Shown here: positions 42,636 to 54,764 of the stretch, in pieces | Layout: every line of letters begins with the position of its first letter | Position numbering within the stretch: the first letter of the stretch is position 1 | DNA from: Deltaproteobacteria bacterium | Lineage (GTDB): Bacteria; BMS3Abin14 | DNA length: 64,000 bases | NCBI GenBank assembly: GCA_013151915.1 | Contig: JAADHJ010000044.1 | Location: forward strand, 67,029 to 131,028 | Direction: 5' to 3' | Made by a program: the position numbers and the translations under genes | The notes under the pieces: generated by a model | Seen by the model: the letters and a program-made list of their open reading frames with translations, nothing else | Told to the model about the DNA's origin: nothing | The model's database searches: none

Positions 42636-44816
42636 GTGAAAGTTGAAGCTAAAATCAGGCCAAGGGAAGAACTCTCTCTTCGGGTAGCCGAAGCGTTCAT
42701 CGAGGACGTGGGCAAGGGGTTTGCCCGCGTGGATACCGAGGAGTTGAAGAGCATAAGAGCCGTTCCCGGCGATCTACTCATGATTTCCGGCCGCGGGTCT
42801 ACGGTGGCTCGCACGGCGCAGGCTACCCCTGAGTATTCCGGACAAAGCCTGATTCAGATAGACGGTATTACGCGGGAAAATGCCAACGTTTCGGTTGATG
42901 AATGGTGTACAATTCGGAAAGTCCCCTTCAAACCGGCTGAGAGCATCCTGCTCTCACCTATGGAAACCGCCAGTATAATTCCGAAAGATTCCGAAATCCC
43001 CCATATACTTCAGATGCTTTCAGGGCGGTACGTGGTGCTTGGCGACAAAATCCAGGTCACCCTCTTCGGTACGCGGCCCCAATTCTTTATTGTTGATGGC
43101 GCGAGTCCGCGAGGGGCGCTCCTGATAACTTCCAATACCTCCATCTCCTTTAAAACTCCCGATGTCTTGCACGAAAAGGCTGCCAGAATTTCCTACGAGG
43201 ATATTGGAGGGCTGGAAAAGGAGTTAAGCCGTGTCAAGGAGATGATAGAGCTTCCGTTGAGATTTCCGGACCTCTTTACCAAGCTTGGCATTGATCCCCC
43301 AAAAGGTGTCCTCCTCTCAGGGCCTCCGGGCACAGGAAAAACCCTTGTGGCCCGCACCATCTCCAGTGAGGTCAGGGCGCATTTTATCCACGTGAATGGT
43401 CCCGAGGTCATCCATAAGTATTACGGGGAAAGCGAGGCTAAGCTAAGGGAGGTATTTGAAGAGGCACGAAGAAACGCTCCCAGTATCATTTTCCTCGACG
43501 AGATCGATGCTCTCGCCCCGAGGAGGGCCAAGGTTATCGGGGACGTTGAAAAACGTGTTGTCGCCCAGCTGCTTGCCCTGATGGACGGCCTGGTTTCCAG
43601 GGGGGATGTGGTGATTATCGGCGCCACCAATCTTCCTGAGCTGGTCGATCCGGCACTTCGGCGTCCCGGACGTTTCGATCGTGAGATCAGCATCGGCGTT
43701 CCCAATAGACCGGGCCGTCTCCAGATTCTGAAGATCCATTCCCGCAAGATGCCGCTTGCAGCCGATGTCGATCTGGACCGCCTTGCAGAAATCACCCATG
43801 GGTACGTGGGAGCCGATATTGCCGCCCTTTGTAAGGAGGCAGGCATGGCGACCCTGCGGCGAATCATGCCGGAGATCAAGTTCGAGGTGGACAAAAAGCC
43901 GGTGCTGAAAAATGGTTTAAGCATTGAGGTTACCGCCGAAGATTTCCTGACGGCCTTCAAGGGAGTCGAGCCGACCTCCACCCGGGAGTTCATGGTTGAA
44001 CGGCCTCGTCTTTCCTTTAACGACATCGGGGGATTGAAAGAGATCAAGCGGAAACTTCGTTCGATCGTACAGCTTCCCCTGCAGGGATTGTCTCTCTTTG
44101 CCAATTCCCGCCTGGGTCCGCCCAAGGGGGTTCTTTTCTCCGGTCCGTCCGGGACCGGGAAGACCCTGATGGCCAGGTCCCTTGCGGGGGAAATGGGCAT
44201 GACCCTGATAGTCGTTGATCCTCCGACCCTTCTGTCGAAGTGGGTTGGCGAGTCTGAAAAGGGACTCAGGGAGGTATTCAAACGGGCAAAGCAGGCTTCG
44301 CCCTGCATCCTGTTTTTTGACGAGATCGAAACCATCGCCTCGGCGCGTTCCGCTGATGATGCGGGTAATGTATCCCAGAGAATGGTCAGCCAGCTTTTCA
44401 GGGAACTGGATGGCCTTCACGGTTCTCTCGGGGTTGTCGTCATTGCCGCAACGAATCGAATTGACCTGATGGAGCCGGCCCTGCTCAGAGCCGGACGTTT
44501 TGACTATGTCGTTGAATTTCCCCTTCCGGATCGTGAGGAAAGGCAGGAGATCCTTGAGACCTATTTGCGGTCCCTGCCGTTGGATACCGATGTGGATATC
44601 GATACCCTGGCGGATGCGAGTGAGGGATGGACCGGAGCCGACCTGGAGGCTTCATGTAAGAGGGCCATCATGTTGGGGCTGGAAGAATGTTCGAAAGGCG
44701 ATGGGGAGGCTGATTTTTCACGCTGTGTATTGACCTCCCATCATTTCGCTGAAGCGGCCCGGCAGCATGCCGCTTTGTCTAATATTTCGTCGTCAGCCTT
44801 TAAGCGGAAAGGTTGA
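42636..44816 (+). CDS. Cdc48/p97/VAT-like double AAA+ ATPase (N-domain + D1 + D2)
   Basis: The Cdc48-N-like double-psi barrel start is followed by two Walker A motifs (GPPGTGKTLVA, GPSGTGKTLMA), two Walker B motifs (IIFLDEID, ILFFDEIE) and second-region-of-homology arginines. It has a GTG start. Confidence 0.8.
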   Translation: MKVEAKIRPREELSLRVAEAFIEDVGKGFARVDTEELKSIRAVPGDLLMISGRGSTVARTAQATPEYSGQSLIQIDGITRENANVSVDEWCTIRKVPFKPAESILLSPMETASIIPKDSEIPHILQMLSGRYVVLGDKIQVTLFGTRPQFFIVDGASPRGALLITSNTSISFKTPDVLHEKAARISYEDIGGLEKELSRVKEMIELPLRFPDLFTKLGIDPPKGVLLSGPPGTGKTLVARTISSEVRAHFIHVNGPEVIHKYYGESEAKLREVFEEARRNAPSIIFLDEIDALAPRRAKVIGDVEKRVVAQLLALMDGLVSRGDVVIIGATNLPELVDPALRRPGRFDREISIGVPNRPGRLQILKIHSRKMPLAADVDLDRLAEITHGYVGADIAALCKEAGMATLRRIMPEIKFEVDKKPVLKNGLSIEVTAEDFLTAFKGVEPTSTREFMVERPRLSFNDIGGLKEIKRKLRSIVQLPLQGLSLFANSRLGPPKGVLFSGPSGTGKTLMARSLAGEMGMTLIVVDPPTLLSKWVGESEKGLREVFKRAKQASPCILFFDEIETIASARSADDAGNVSQRMVSQLFRELDGLHGSLGVVVIAATNRIDLMEPALLRAGRFDYVVEFPLPDREERQEILETYLRSLPLDTDVDIDTLADASEGWTGADLEASCKRAIMLGLEECSKGDGEADFSRCVLTSHHFAEAARQHAALSNISSSAFKRKG

Positions 44817-44830
44817 GGGAAGAATATTCC

Positions 44831-45565
44831 ATGTTGGTCAAACCCATTAAGAAGACGAAGGTGTACGAGGAGATCGTCGCAAAAGTGACCGAGATGATCA
44901 GCAGCGGCACCCTCAAGGAGGGTGATCAGCTTCCGGGGGAACGGGAGTTGGCGGAGACGTTCAGCGTAAGCAGATCGTCCCTTCGGGAGGCTCTCCGAAC
45001 GCTTGAGAGCCAGGGGTTTCTGGAAAGCCGGCGGGGAAACGGGACATACGTGGCCAGCCAGCCCGTCGAGCTGCTGGTGAAGCCCTTTGCATCTGTAATC
45101 CTTTCCGAAAAGGATGTGCAGAGTGAACTGTTCGAGGTACGGAGGTTAATAGAACCTCAGGTCGCCTATCTGGCTGCCGAACGGGCCACATCTGAAGAGA
45201 TTGACCAGATGGAAGAGATCCTTGCCGATCAGGAATCGCAGGTTGCCGGGGGAGGGACAGGCACGGATGTTGATAGGGCGTTTCATTACGCGTTGGCTGA
45301 GGCGACAAAAAACAGGATTCTTCTGCGTATGATGGACGCCGCCATGGAGTTTTTCAGCGAGAGTCGTGATAACTACCTGCAGATAAAGGGAAGGCCGGAA
45401 AAATCCCTTGTTCGCCACAAAGAGATGGTCAATGCCATGAAAGCGGGGAATAAGGAGCTTGCGGCCGGCATAATGCGTGAGCATCTGGAAGATATTGAAA
45501 ACAGTCTGATCTCGGTCAACAGAAAGGAGGAACTTGATAAAACCGAACAGAAAGGGGGGATATAG
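44831..45565 (+). CDS. GntR-family transcriptional regulator, FadR/FCD subfamily (paralog 2)
   Basis: About 93% amino-acid and nucleotide identity to 5324..6055 over roughly 715 bp. It lies directly upstream of the por operon. Confidence 0.8.
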   Translation: MLVKPIKKTKVYEEIVAKVTEMISSGTLKEGDQLPGERELAETFSVSRSSLREALRTLESQGFLESRRGNGTYVASQPVELLVKPFASVILSEKDVQSELFEVRRLIEPQVAYLAAERATSEEIDQMEEILADQESQVAGGGTGTDVDRAFHYALAEATKNRILLRMMDAAMEFFSESRDNYLQIKGRPEKSLVRHKEMVNAMKAGNKELAAGIMREHLEDIENSLISVNRKEELDKTEQKGGI

Positions 45566-45623
45566 TGAGACCACCCTGTTAGGGAACCCAGAGTTTTTTA
45601 CTGAATAAAGGAGGTAATACATT

Positions 45624-46229
45624 ATGGGCGAAGTATATGAAGTTACTATTTGGGCGCGAGGGGTGACCCAGGATATGGAGGGGCGGCATCTGTCACTCCT
45701 GATTGCCAACTCAGCGGATAAAGACGGTAAATTCGTCCAGGCGTGGGACGACTACGCGGATCTGCCCGACAGGGTCCAGGTTCCTCTGCGGAAGTATGCC
45801 CGCATCAGCGATGAAGACCTCGAAATGCGCTATGACTACGAAAACGACCATCCCAACATGTCAGTGATCATGGATGACACCATTGTCAAGGGGATAAACG
45901 TGCTCAGGGGCATGCCGAAGGGCGGAGTCCTCGTGGTCAACACCAAGAGATCACCGGAGGAAATCCTCAAGTTTATTCCCAACAAGGACCTGCTCGATGC
46001 CATCGTGTGTGTTGACGCCAATTCGATCGCGGGTGCTGTTGACCTGGATTTCATGGGATCTGAAGGAGGCGTGGAAACCGTATCCGTTGGGGCGGGAATC
46101 TCCGCGCCGATAGTTGGGGCGGCGGCGAAGGCAACAGACCGCCTGACACTGGAGAGTCTCGTTGCGGTAGCTGCAAATAAGGATGGTGTGAAAAAGGGCT
46201 ACGAGACAGCACAGGTAAAATCTCTTTAA
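45624..46229 (+). CDS. porG: 2-oxoacid:ferredoxin oxidoreductase, gamma subunit
   Basis: POR-gamma-like pattern (GKFVQAWDDY...PLRKYARISDE). It is first in a gamma-delta-alpha-beta gene order. Confidence 0.7.
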   Translation: MGEVYEVTIWARGVTQDMEGRHLSLLIANSADKDGKFVQAWDDYADLPDRVQVPLRKYARISDEDLEMRYDYENDHPNMSVIMDDTIVKGINVLRGMPKGGVLVVNTKRSPEEILKFIPNKDLLDAIVCVDANSIAGAVDLDFMGSEGGVETVSVGAGISAPIVGAAAKATDRLTLESLVAVAANKDGVKKGYETAQVKSL

Positions 46230-46243
46230 AAAAGGAGAAGATC

Positions 46244-46576
46244 ATGTCTGATTTTAAGTTTCCGGAAGGAAAAGAGGTCCCGAGGGGTGCGGTTCTCCCC
46301 GCCCCGGTAAAGGAAAACAGGATGATGATTACGGGCAACTGGCGAACCGACCGTCCGGTCATTGACCACGAGAAGTGCACCCTCTGTCTGAACTGCTTCA
46401 TTTATTGTCCCGACGCCTGTTGGCATCTGGACGAAGAAGAGGAAAAGATGGTCTGGAACGCGGACTTCTGTAAGGGTTGCCTCATCTGTGCAGTTGAGTG
46501 TCCTGCATTTGCTCTCACCGCGGTTAATGAGCTGGAATTTGAGGATGGTGTCGTCCGTCTGGAGAAACCATTCTAG
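46244..46576 (+). CDS. porD: 2-oxoacid:ferredoxin oxidoreductase, delta subunit (2x[4Fe-4S] ferredoxin)
   Basis: Two C-x2-C-x2-C-x3-CP motifs (CTLCLNCFIYCP, CKGCLICAVECP). Confidence 0.8.
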   Translation: MSDFKFPEGKEVPRGAVLPAPVKENRMMITGNWRTDRPVIDHEKCTLCLNCFIYCPDACWHLDEEEEKMVWNADFCKGCLICAVECPAFALTAVNELEFEDGVVRLEKPF

Positions 46577-46591
46577 GAGGAGGTGTTGAAA

Positions 46592-48834
<2,243 letters not shown>

Positions 48835-48858
48835 TTTAAGGCCGGGATTGTTTGGTCA

Positions 48859-48914
48859 GGGTCCTGGGGGCCCTTGCGCAATTAAGCCGGTGGGCTTACC
48901 CAGGACCCTTTTTT
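48859..48914 (+). terminator. Rho-independent terminator after porB (GGGTCCTGGG...CCCAGGACCC-TTTTTT)
   Basis: A 10-bp perfect stem and a T6 run 25 nt after the porB stop. Confidence 0.6.
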
Positions 48915-49051
48915 ACCGGACATTGTCAGGCCGGATTCTTAACCCTATTTGAAGAAAAGGGGGTGCCGATGGAAGGAGATGTCTGATGTTGGAGTTTAGA
49001 GAAATGAAGCTTGCGGGGGGAATTTAAGGTTTTTTTTAGGAGGGAAAAGTT

Positions 49052-50032
49052 ATGCGAAGCATGAAAAAGCGCTATACATTTCTGCTTGTCGCCGTCATTG
49101 CGGTCGCTTCCATCGCTCTTTTCGGTGGAGTGGCAAAGGCGGCATGGCCGACGCGGCCGATCAGTTTTGTTATCCCGGCGGGCGCTGGTGGTGGGGCGGA
49201 TAAATACGTCCGATTCCTGGTGGGCCTTAACGTGAAGGGTCATTACGTTGATCAGGCCATAATCCCTGTCAACAAAGCGGGTGGCGCCGGGGCCGTTGCC
49301 ATGAATTATGTCCTCAACCAGAAGGGTGACGGCTACACGATGATGATCACCCTGAATTCCTTTATCACCACACCCCTGTTCCAGAGTCTGCCTTTTACTT
49401 TCCGAAACTTTACACCAATCTATCTACTGGCACTGGACAACTTCCCCCTCTGGGTCCCAAAGGACAGCCCCTTTAAGACCTTCGAGGATTTTCTGACAGA
49501 GGCACGCAAGCGCAGCCTCACGGTTGGGGGAACGGGATCCAAGCAGGAAGATGAGATCGTCTTCAGGGCCATCGAGACTATCGGCAAGACCAAGCCTTTC
49601 AGGTATGTGCCCTTCAAGGGCGGTGGGTCCGTGGCCAAGGCCCTGGTGGGCAAGCACATTGAAGCGTCGGTGAACCAGGTCAGCGAAGCCGGGCCCTTCT
49701 TCCCGGAATTTGTCAGGCCGCTGGTTGTATTTCAGGATAAACGGCTGGACGTCAAAGGCCTTGAGAATGTTCCCACGGCCAAGGAGCTGGGTTTCGATTT
49801 CAGCTACAACATGATGCGGGCGGTCTTCGCCCCTCCGGGGATCTCAAAAGAGGCACAGGACGGAATGATAGAGCTTTTCAGGAAGATTTCCGACGACCCG
49901 GCCTGGGTGACATTCGCGGCTAAGTTCGGTCTGCAGCGGACCTCGATATCGGGCAAGGCCCTTTACAAGTTCTGCGAGAAATATGAGAAGCTGCACAAAA
50001 AAATCATGAAGGCTCAAGGCTGGATCAAATAG
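49052..50032 (+). CDS. tctC: Tripartite tricarboxylate transporter substrate-binding protein (Bug/TctC family)
   Basis: Signal peptide plus the TctC family core (PTRPISFVIPAGAGGGAD, KPFRYVPFKGGGSVAKALVGKHIEASV). Confidence 0.8.
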   Translation: MRSMKKRYTFLLVAVIAVASIALFGGVAKAAWPTRPISFVIPAGAGGGADKYVRFLVGLNVKGHYVDQAIIPVNKAGGAGAVAMNYVLNQKGDGYTMMITLNSFITTPLFQSLPFTFRNFTPIYLLALDNFPLWVPKDSPFKTFEDFLTEARKRSLTVGGTGSKQEDEIVFRAIETIGKTKPFRYVPFKGGGSVAKALVGKHIEASVNQVSEAGPFFPEFVRPLVVFQDKRLDVKGLENVPTAKELGFDFSYNMMRAVFAPPGISKEAQDGMIELFRKISDDPAWVTFAAKFGLQRTSISGKALYKFCEKYEKLHKKIMKAQGWIK

Positions 50033-50151
50033 CCTTCGAATAACGAACGTTTAAATATCGTTTATGGGCAAACTGTGATCAAAGGGGGTGGCGGGTTCCA
50101 TGGGTAAGGGACCTGCGCCCCCGATTATCAGGACATCCAGGGGAGGGTATT

Positions 50152-50628
50152 TTGAAAAAAGGTGAGTTGATTACCGCGCTGGGTTTTATAATTATATCTA
50201 TCGTGACACTCCGTGAGGCTTTCCGGCTTGGCTTCGGGTGGGTGGAGCAGCAGGGGCCTGCGGCTGGTTTTACCCTCTTCTGGCTGGGATTGTTGATGCT
50301 CCTGTGTTCCGTCATGATTCTCGTCATCGGCCTGAGAAAAAAAGATGATGGCGAACCGTTTTTCGTTAACAAGCAGGGGCTATGGGAGGCTGTCCGAATC
50401 TTTTTTACTGCGGCGCTGCTTACCGTAGGCATCATCTACACAGGGATCTACTGGGCCACTCTCGGCTACTGTATTCTTTTCACCCGGTGGCTGGGAAAAC
50501 ACCGTTGGCGAACGGTGATCCTCTTTAGCGTCGTCATGACGGTGGCAGTCTATTTCGGAATGGAGAAAGGGCTGCAACTTCCCTTGCCGAAGAGTTTTCT
50601 GTACAAGAGGGGTCTTTTCCCGTTTTAA
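50152..50628 (+). CDS. tctB: Tripartite tricarboxylate transporter small membrane subunit
   Basis: 158 aa, four TM segments, between tctC and tctA. It has a TTG start with an AGGGGAGGG ribosome-binding site. Confidence 0.6.
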   Translation: MKKGELITALGFIIISIVTLREAFRLGFGWVEQQGPAAGFTLFWLGLLMLLCSVMILVIGLRKKDDGEPFFVNKQGLWEAVRIFFTAALLTVGIIYTGIYWATLGYCILFTRWLGKHRWRTVILFSVVMTVAVYFGMEKGLQLPLPKSFLYKRGLFPF

Positions 50629-50822
50629 CCAAAAATCAAGGTCCGAGATACAGTCAAACCGGGCTGAAAAATATCATGGTTGAATCTCCCGTGGAATTAA
50701 GACACCTCATCGCTCTACGGGACTTGGCAGCCTCCGGATAACCGTTTGAAGGTTTTCTGCAGGAAACTGCAAAGGTAAAAACCGAACGGTTTGAAGAAAG
50801 GCCTTCAGATCAGGAGGAATAG

Positions 50823-52346
50823 ATGGAAACACTGGCTCACCTGATGACTGGATTTGGGGTGGCTCTACAACCACTCTCTTTACTTATGATGACCCTGGGC
50901 CTTCTGCTGGGCCTTGCGGTTGGCGTCCTGCCGGGACTCGGCGGAACCGCAGGGGTGGCCCTGCTGCTCCCGGTGACCGTCCTGGTACCACCTACGGTCG
51001 CCATTATTTTTCTGGCCGCCATATACTGGGGCGCCCTTTATGGAGGGGTTATCACCTCCGTTCTTTTCGCCATCCCCGGGGAGCCATGGTCGGTGGCCCT
51101 TATTTTTGATGGGTATCCCATGGCTAAAAAGGGGCAAGCCGGCCTGGCTCTGGCCGCCGCTTTCCTGTCCTCCTTCGTGGGAATTTTTGTTGCGGCCATC
51201 TTTTTCGTGGCCTTTGCCATGCCGCTGGCCCTGTTCGCACTCAAGTTCGGTCCCCCGGAGATGTTCGGAATCATGTTGCTCGCTTTCAGCACCTTCGTTG
51301 GGCTTGGCAGGGGGTCCGCCACGAAGACTCTTGTAAGCACATGCTTCGGGTTGATCCTGACGATGGTTGGACTAGACATAGTTACGGGCCATCCGAGGTT
51401 GACATTCGGCACAATGGCCTTTCTCAGCGGTTTTCATTTCGTTCCTGTGACCATCGGGCTTTTCGGTCTGGGCGAGATAATGATCGATGGGGAAGAACGG
51501 TTCTCAACCGAGATCAAGGAGGTAATCCATGCCAAGCTGGGGTGGCAGGATATCAAGGCAGGCTTCAAGGCGACGAAAGAGCATTTCGGCCTGACGTTTT
51601 TCAGCGCCGTTCTTGGTTTTTTCGTTGGGATCCTGCCTGGAACCGGGGCTACCCCGGCATCCTTCCTTGGCTACGGCATTGCCAAACAGTACTCCAAGCA
51701 TCCCGAGAAATATGGCCAGGGTGCAATCGAGGGGGTGCTGGCGCCCCAGGCCGCGGCCAACGCGGCCGGGACGGGGGCCCTGCTCCCCATGATCTCCCTG
51801 GGGATTCCCGGTTCTCCCACTGCGGCTGTTCTCCTTGCCGGCCTTTATATGTGGGGTCTCTGGCCGGGTCCGAGGCTGTTTATCGAGCAGCCGGTGTTCG
51901 TCTGGGGTCTCATCGCCAGCCTTTTCCTTTCCGGAATGGTCTGCCTGCTCATCTGTCTCCTGGGCACGCCGATGCTGGCCTCCATCATGAGGGTCCCCTG
52001 GGGGCTTCTTACACCGACCATCGTCATTGCCTGCTTTATCGGCAGCTATGTGATGCGTAACCTGATGTTCGACGTCTGGTGTACCCTGATCTTCGGTCTG
52101 GTCGGATACGTCATGAAGAAGCTGGACTATCCCCTGGCCCCGCTCGCTGTTGCTCTGGTTCTGGGAGGCATGACCGAGAGGTTCCTGCGCCAGAGCCTGA
52201 TCATAGGAGATGGGTCCTTCTCGGTTTTCTTCAGTACGACCATCTCCACGGTTTTCATGTCTATCGCTTTTTTCCTGTTCCTTCTGCCGGCGGTAAAGTT
52301 GGTCAGGGACAAGATAAAGGCCGGCAACAAGATTGCGGAGGCCTGA
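50823..52346 (+). CDS. tctA: Tripartite tricarboxylate transporter large permease
   Basis: 507 aa polytopic protein. The TctA-type N-terminus reads GFGVALQPLSLLMMTLGLLLGLAVGVLPGLGG. Confidence 0.85.
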   Translation: METLAHLMTGFGVALQPLSLLMMTLGLLLGLAVGVLPGLGGTAGVALLLPVTVLVPPTVAIIFLAAIYWGALYGGVITSVLFAIPGEPWSVALIFDGYPMAKKGQAGLALAAAFLSSFVGIFVAAIFFVAFAMPLALFALKFGPPEMFGIMLLAFSTFVGLGRGSATKTLVSTCFGLILTMVGLDIVTGHPRLTFGTMAFLSGFHFVPVTIGLFGLGEIMIDGEERFSTEIKEVIHAKLGWQDIKAGFKATKEHFGLTFFSAVLGFFVGILPGTGATPASFLGYGIAKQYSKHPEKYGQGAIEGVLAPQAAANAAGTGALLPMISLGIPGSPTAAVLLAGLYMWGLWPGPRLFIEQPVFVWGLIASLFLSGMVCLLICLLGTPMLASIMRVPWGLLTPTIVIACFIGSYVMRNLMFDVWCTLIFGLVGYVMKKLDYPLAPLAVALVLGGMTERFLRQSLIIGDGSFSVFFSTTISTVFMSIAFFLFLLPAVKLVRDKIKAGNKIAEA

Positions 52347-52406
52347 TTTAAATGTCCTGGTGGCAGGGGCCCTTTCCTCCGGCCCCTGCCCGTTCTTCTT
52401 AAAGGG

Positions 52407-53363
52407 TTGTCTTCTTTAACTATGGGCCGTTCGAATACAACGATCCTCATTACCGGCGGCGCCGGGTCCGTGGGCAGATATCTGACTTTGTCCCTCCTTG
52501 AAAGGGGTTATAAAGTCAGGGTCTTTGACAGGGATGTAGAGCCTCTCAACTTCATTCACAACGCCAATCTAACCAGATTCCATGGTAACCTTGGGGACAG
52601 AGAGTTGCTCCGATCCGCCGTTGAAGAGGTTGATGCGGTTCTTCATCTTGCATGGTCGTTCTCAAACGACCCCCTGGAGGTTTTCGATGGTGACATTAAA
52701 GACCATCTCTATCTTCTGGAGGAAATGGCGTCCCGGCGGGTCAGGCACCTGGTTTATGCCAGTACCGCCGTAGTATACGGCAAACCACGGTATTACCCCA
52801 TTGATGAAGGACACCCATTGGTGGTGGAAGAGGCGAGAAAGCCGCTTTATGGAATTGCCAAAGCGGCTGCGGAAAAGCTGTGTCTTTTATACGAAAAGGA
52901 AAAAGGAATACCGGCCACCATATTTCGGTTCTGGTGGGCTTACGGGGAGGAAATAGGAGGCAGGCACCTGCGGGAAATGCTGAGGACCGCGGCTGAGGGC
53001 GAACTCCTGGAGGTTCCAGCGGACGCCGGGGGGAGTTTCCTCCATTTGGCTGATATGGTCCAGGCATTGGACCTTACCCTCTTTAATCCCAAGGCTTATG
53101 GTCGAACATTTAATTTTTCCACTATCTATATGACCTGGGAGGAAGTGGCGGAGATGGTTCGGGAGGTCACCGGATCATCCTCTGAAATCAGGTGTGTTCC
53201 TAAAGGAGAATGGAGGGGCAGCGCCTTTTTGGCAGATCCCTGGGAATTGTCGTACGCCCTGTCCAGGAATCTTCTGGGGTTCGGACCCATGGATGCCGCC
53301 ATGGCAAAGGCTTCGCTGAAAACGGCCATCTCAAATTGCTGGAAGGCGATGAAAGGCGGGTAA
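52407..53363 (+). CDS. NAD-dependent epimerase/dehydratase family protein (extended SDR)
   Basis: Rossmann motif ITGGAGSVGRYL and catalytic YGIAK are present. The start is uncertain (TTG 52407 or ATG 52422). Confidence 0.7.
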   Translation: MSSLTMGRSNTTILITGGAGSVGRYLTLSLLERGYKVRVFDRDVEPLNFIHNANLTRFHGNLGDRELLRSAVEEVDAVLHLAWSFSNDPLEVFDGDIKDHLYLLEEMASRRVRHLVYASTAVVYGKPRYYPIDEGHPLVVEEARKPLYGIAKAAAEKLCLLYEKEKGIPATIFRFWWAYGEEIGGRHLREMLRTAAEGELLEVPADAGGSFLHLADMVQALDLTLFNPKAYGRTFNFSTIYMTWEEVAEMVREVTGSSSEIRCVPKGEWRGSAFLADPWELSYALSRNLLGFGPMDAAMAKASLKTAISNCWKAMKGG

Positions 53364-53396
53364 AAACCGCTTAATAAGGATGAGAAAGGGAGGACG

Positions 53397-54740
53397 ATGG
53401 AACCAACTCAGATCATTACCGTTCTGATCTTCGCGGTTACGATTGTTCTGATCATCACGCGAAAAATCGACCCCGTGGTAGCTGCCCTGCTCGGCGTAGT
53501 TGCCATGGTGGCGGTGGGAAGTATAACGGAGATTCAGGCTTTTACTTTTGTTGACTGGGACGTCATCATGATCCTGATCAGCGTATGGCTGATCGCCGGC
53601 TATTTCGGGAAAACGGGCATTCCCGAAAAGCTCGGGGACCTCACCCTCCGTCTTTCCAAGGGGAACATCCCCCTTTTCGTGACCCTCCTCGGTGTGCTCG
53701 CCGGCTTTATCTCCATGTTCATAGACAATGTAGTTGTGGTGCTGATGCTGGCTCCCATTGTCTTCCATATCAGGAAAATTTATAATTTCAAGGCAACCGG
53801 ACCTATCCTTTTCATCGGGCTATGTTCAAATTTCATGGGTACGGCTCTCCTCCTTGGGGATCTCCCTCCACAGATGCTTCACAGTGTATCCGGCATCGAG
53901 TTCCTCGGATTTATCTGGCATTCCGGGAGACCGTCTTCATTTCTTATCCTGACCGTTACCTATTTACTGGTTTGCCTGGTTTTCTATTTCAAGTTCAAAA
54001 GGTCAGAGTTGGCGATGTGTACCCTGGATGAGAAGGCCGCCCACGCTGACGCCGGAGAAACGATGGTGCATATCAAGGATAAGCGGTTTGCTTTCCTTGT
54101 CTGTGCCGGTTTTATCTGGACGGTCATCGGGATGTCGTTGAGACAATTTCTCGGTTTCAAGCTTGGGTTCATCGCTTTCGCCGGTACCCTTATAATGGTA
54201 CTTGTCTTTGAACTGTTGAAAAAACCACTAAAAATGGATGTTCCGGATCTCGAGGGAATGCTGGGGGAGATCGAATGGTCAGCCATCGGGTTTTACGTGG
54301 CCCTTTTTGCTCTCGTGGGTGCCCTCGAGTATACCCATGTTCTTAAAATTGTGGCGAACTGGCTCATTCCCTTTATCAAATCCGGCCTGCTTACAGGGAC
54401 ATCGGTCCTTTACTGGGTAACATCCCCCATCGTCGCATTCGTGGAACACGACGCGTATATCCTGACCATCCTCTATGTGATTCGGGATCTGCATCAGAGC
54501 TTGAACATCAACGCCTGGCCATATTACTGGGCGCTTGTCTGGGCAGGCACGCTGGGAAGCAACCTCACTATCGCCGGGGCTCCTGCTCTTTACGTCGCCC
54601 TGACAATGGGCGAAAAGGAAGACGGGGAAAAGATGCCCCTGAAGAAATTCTTTTCCTACACCGTGCCCTACGTTCTCCTTTCCCTCGTGATATGCTATGT
54701 TTTTCTGGTGCTGATCTGGGTCCTTCCTTTTATGAAGTAG
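53397..54740 (+). CDS. ArsB/NhaD-superfamily anion permease (CitMHS-like), substrate unknown
   Basis: 447 aa with 10-12 TM segments and internal duplication. There is a GGGAGGA ribosome-binding site. Confidence 0.55.
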   Translation: MEPTQIITVLIFAVTIVLIITRKIDPVVAALLGVVAMVAVGSITEIQAFTFVDWDVIMILISVWLIAGYFGKTGIPEKLGDLTLRLSKGNIPLFVTLLGVLAGFISMFIDNVVVVLMLAPIVFHIRKIYNFKATGPILFIGLCSNFMGTALLLGDLPPQMLHSVSGIEFLGFIWHSGRPSSFLILTVTYLLVCLVFYFKFKRSELAMCTLDEKAAHADAGETMVHIKDKRFAFLVCAGFIWTVIGMSLRQFLGFKLGFIAFAGTLIMVLVFELLKKPLKMDVPDLEGMLGEIEWSAIGFYVALFALVGALEYTHVLKIVANWLIPFIKSGLLTGTSVLYWVTSPIVAFVEHDAYILTILYVIRDLHQSLNINAWPYYWALVWAGTLGSNLTIAGAPALYVALTMGEKEDGEKMPLKKFFSYTVPYVLLSLVICYVFLVLIWVLPFMK

Positions 54741-54764
54741 AGGTATGGAGCTGAAGGGAGTCAT

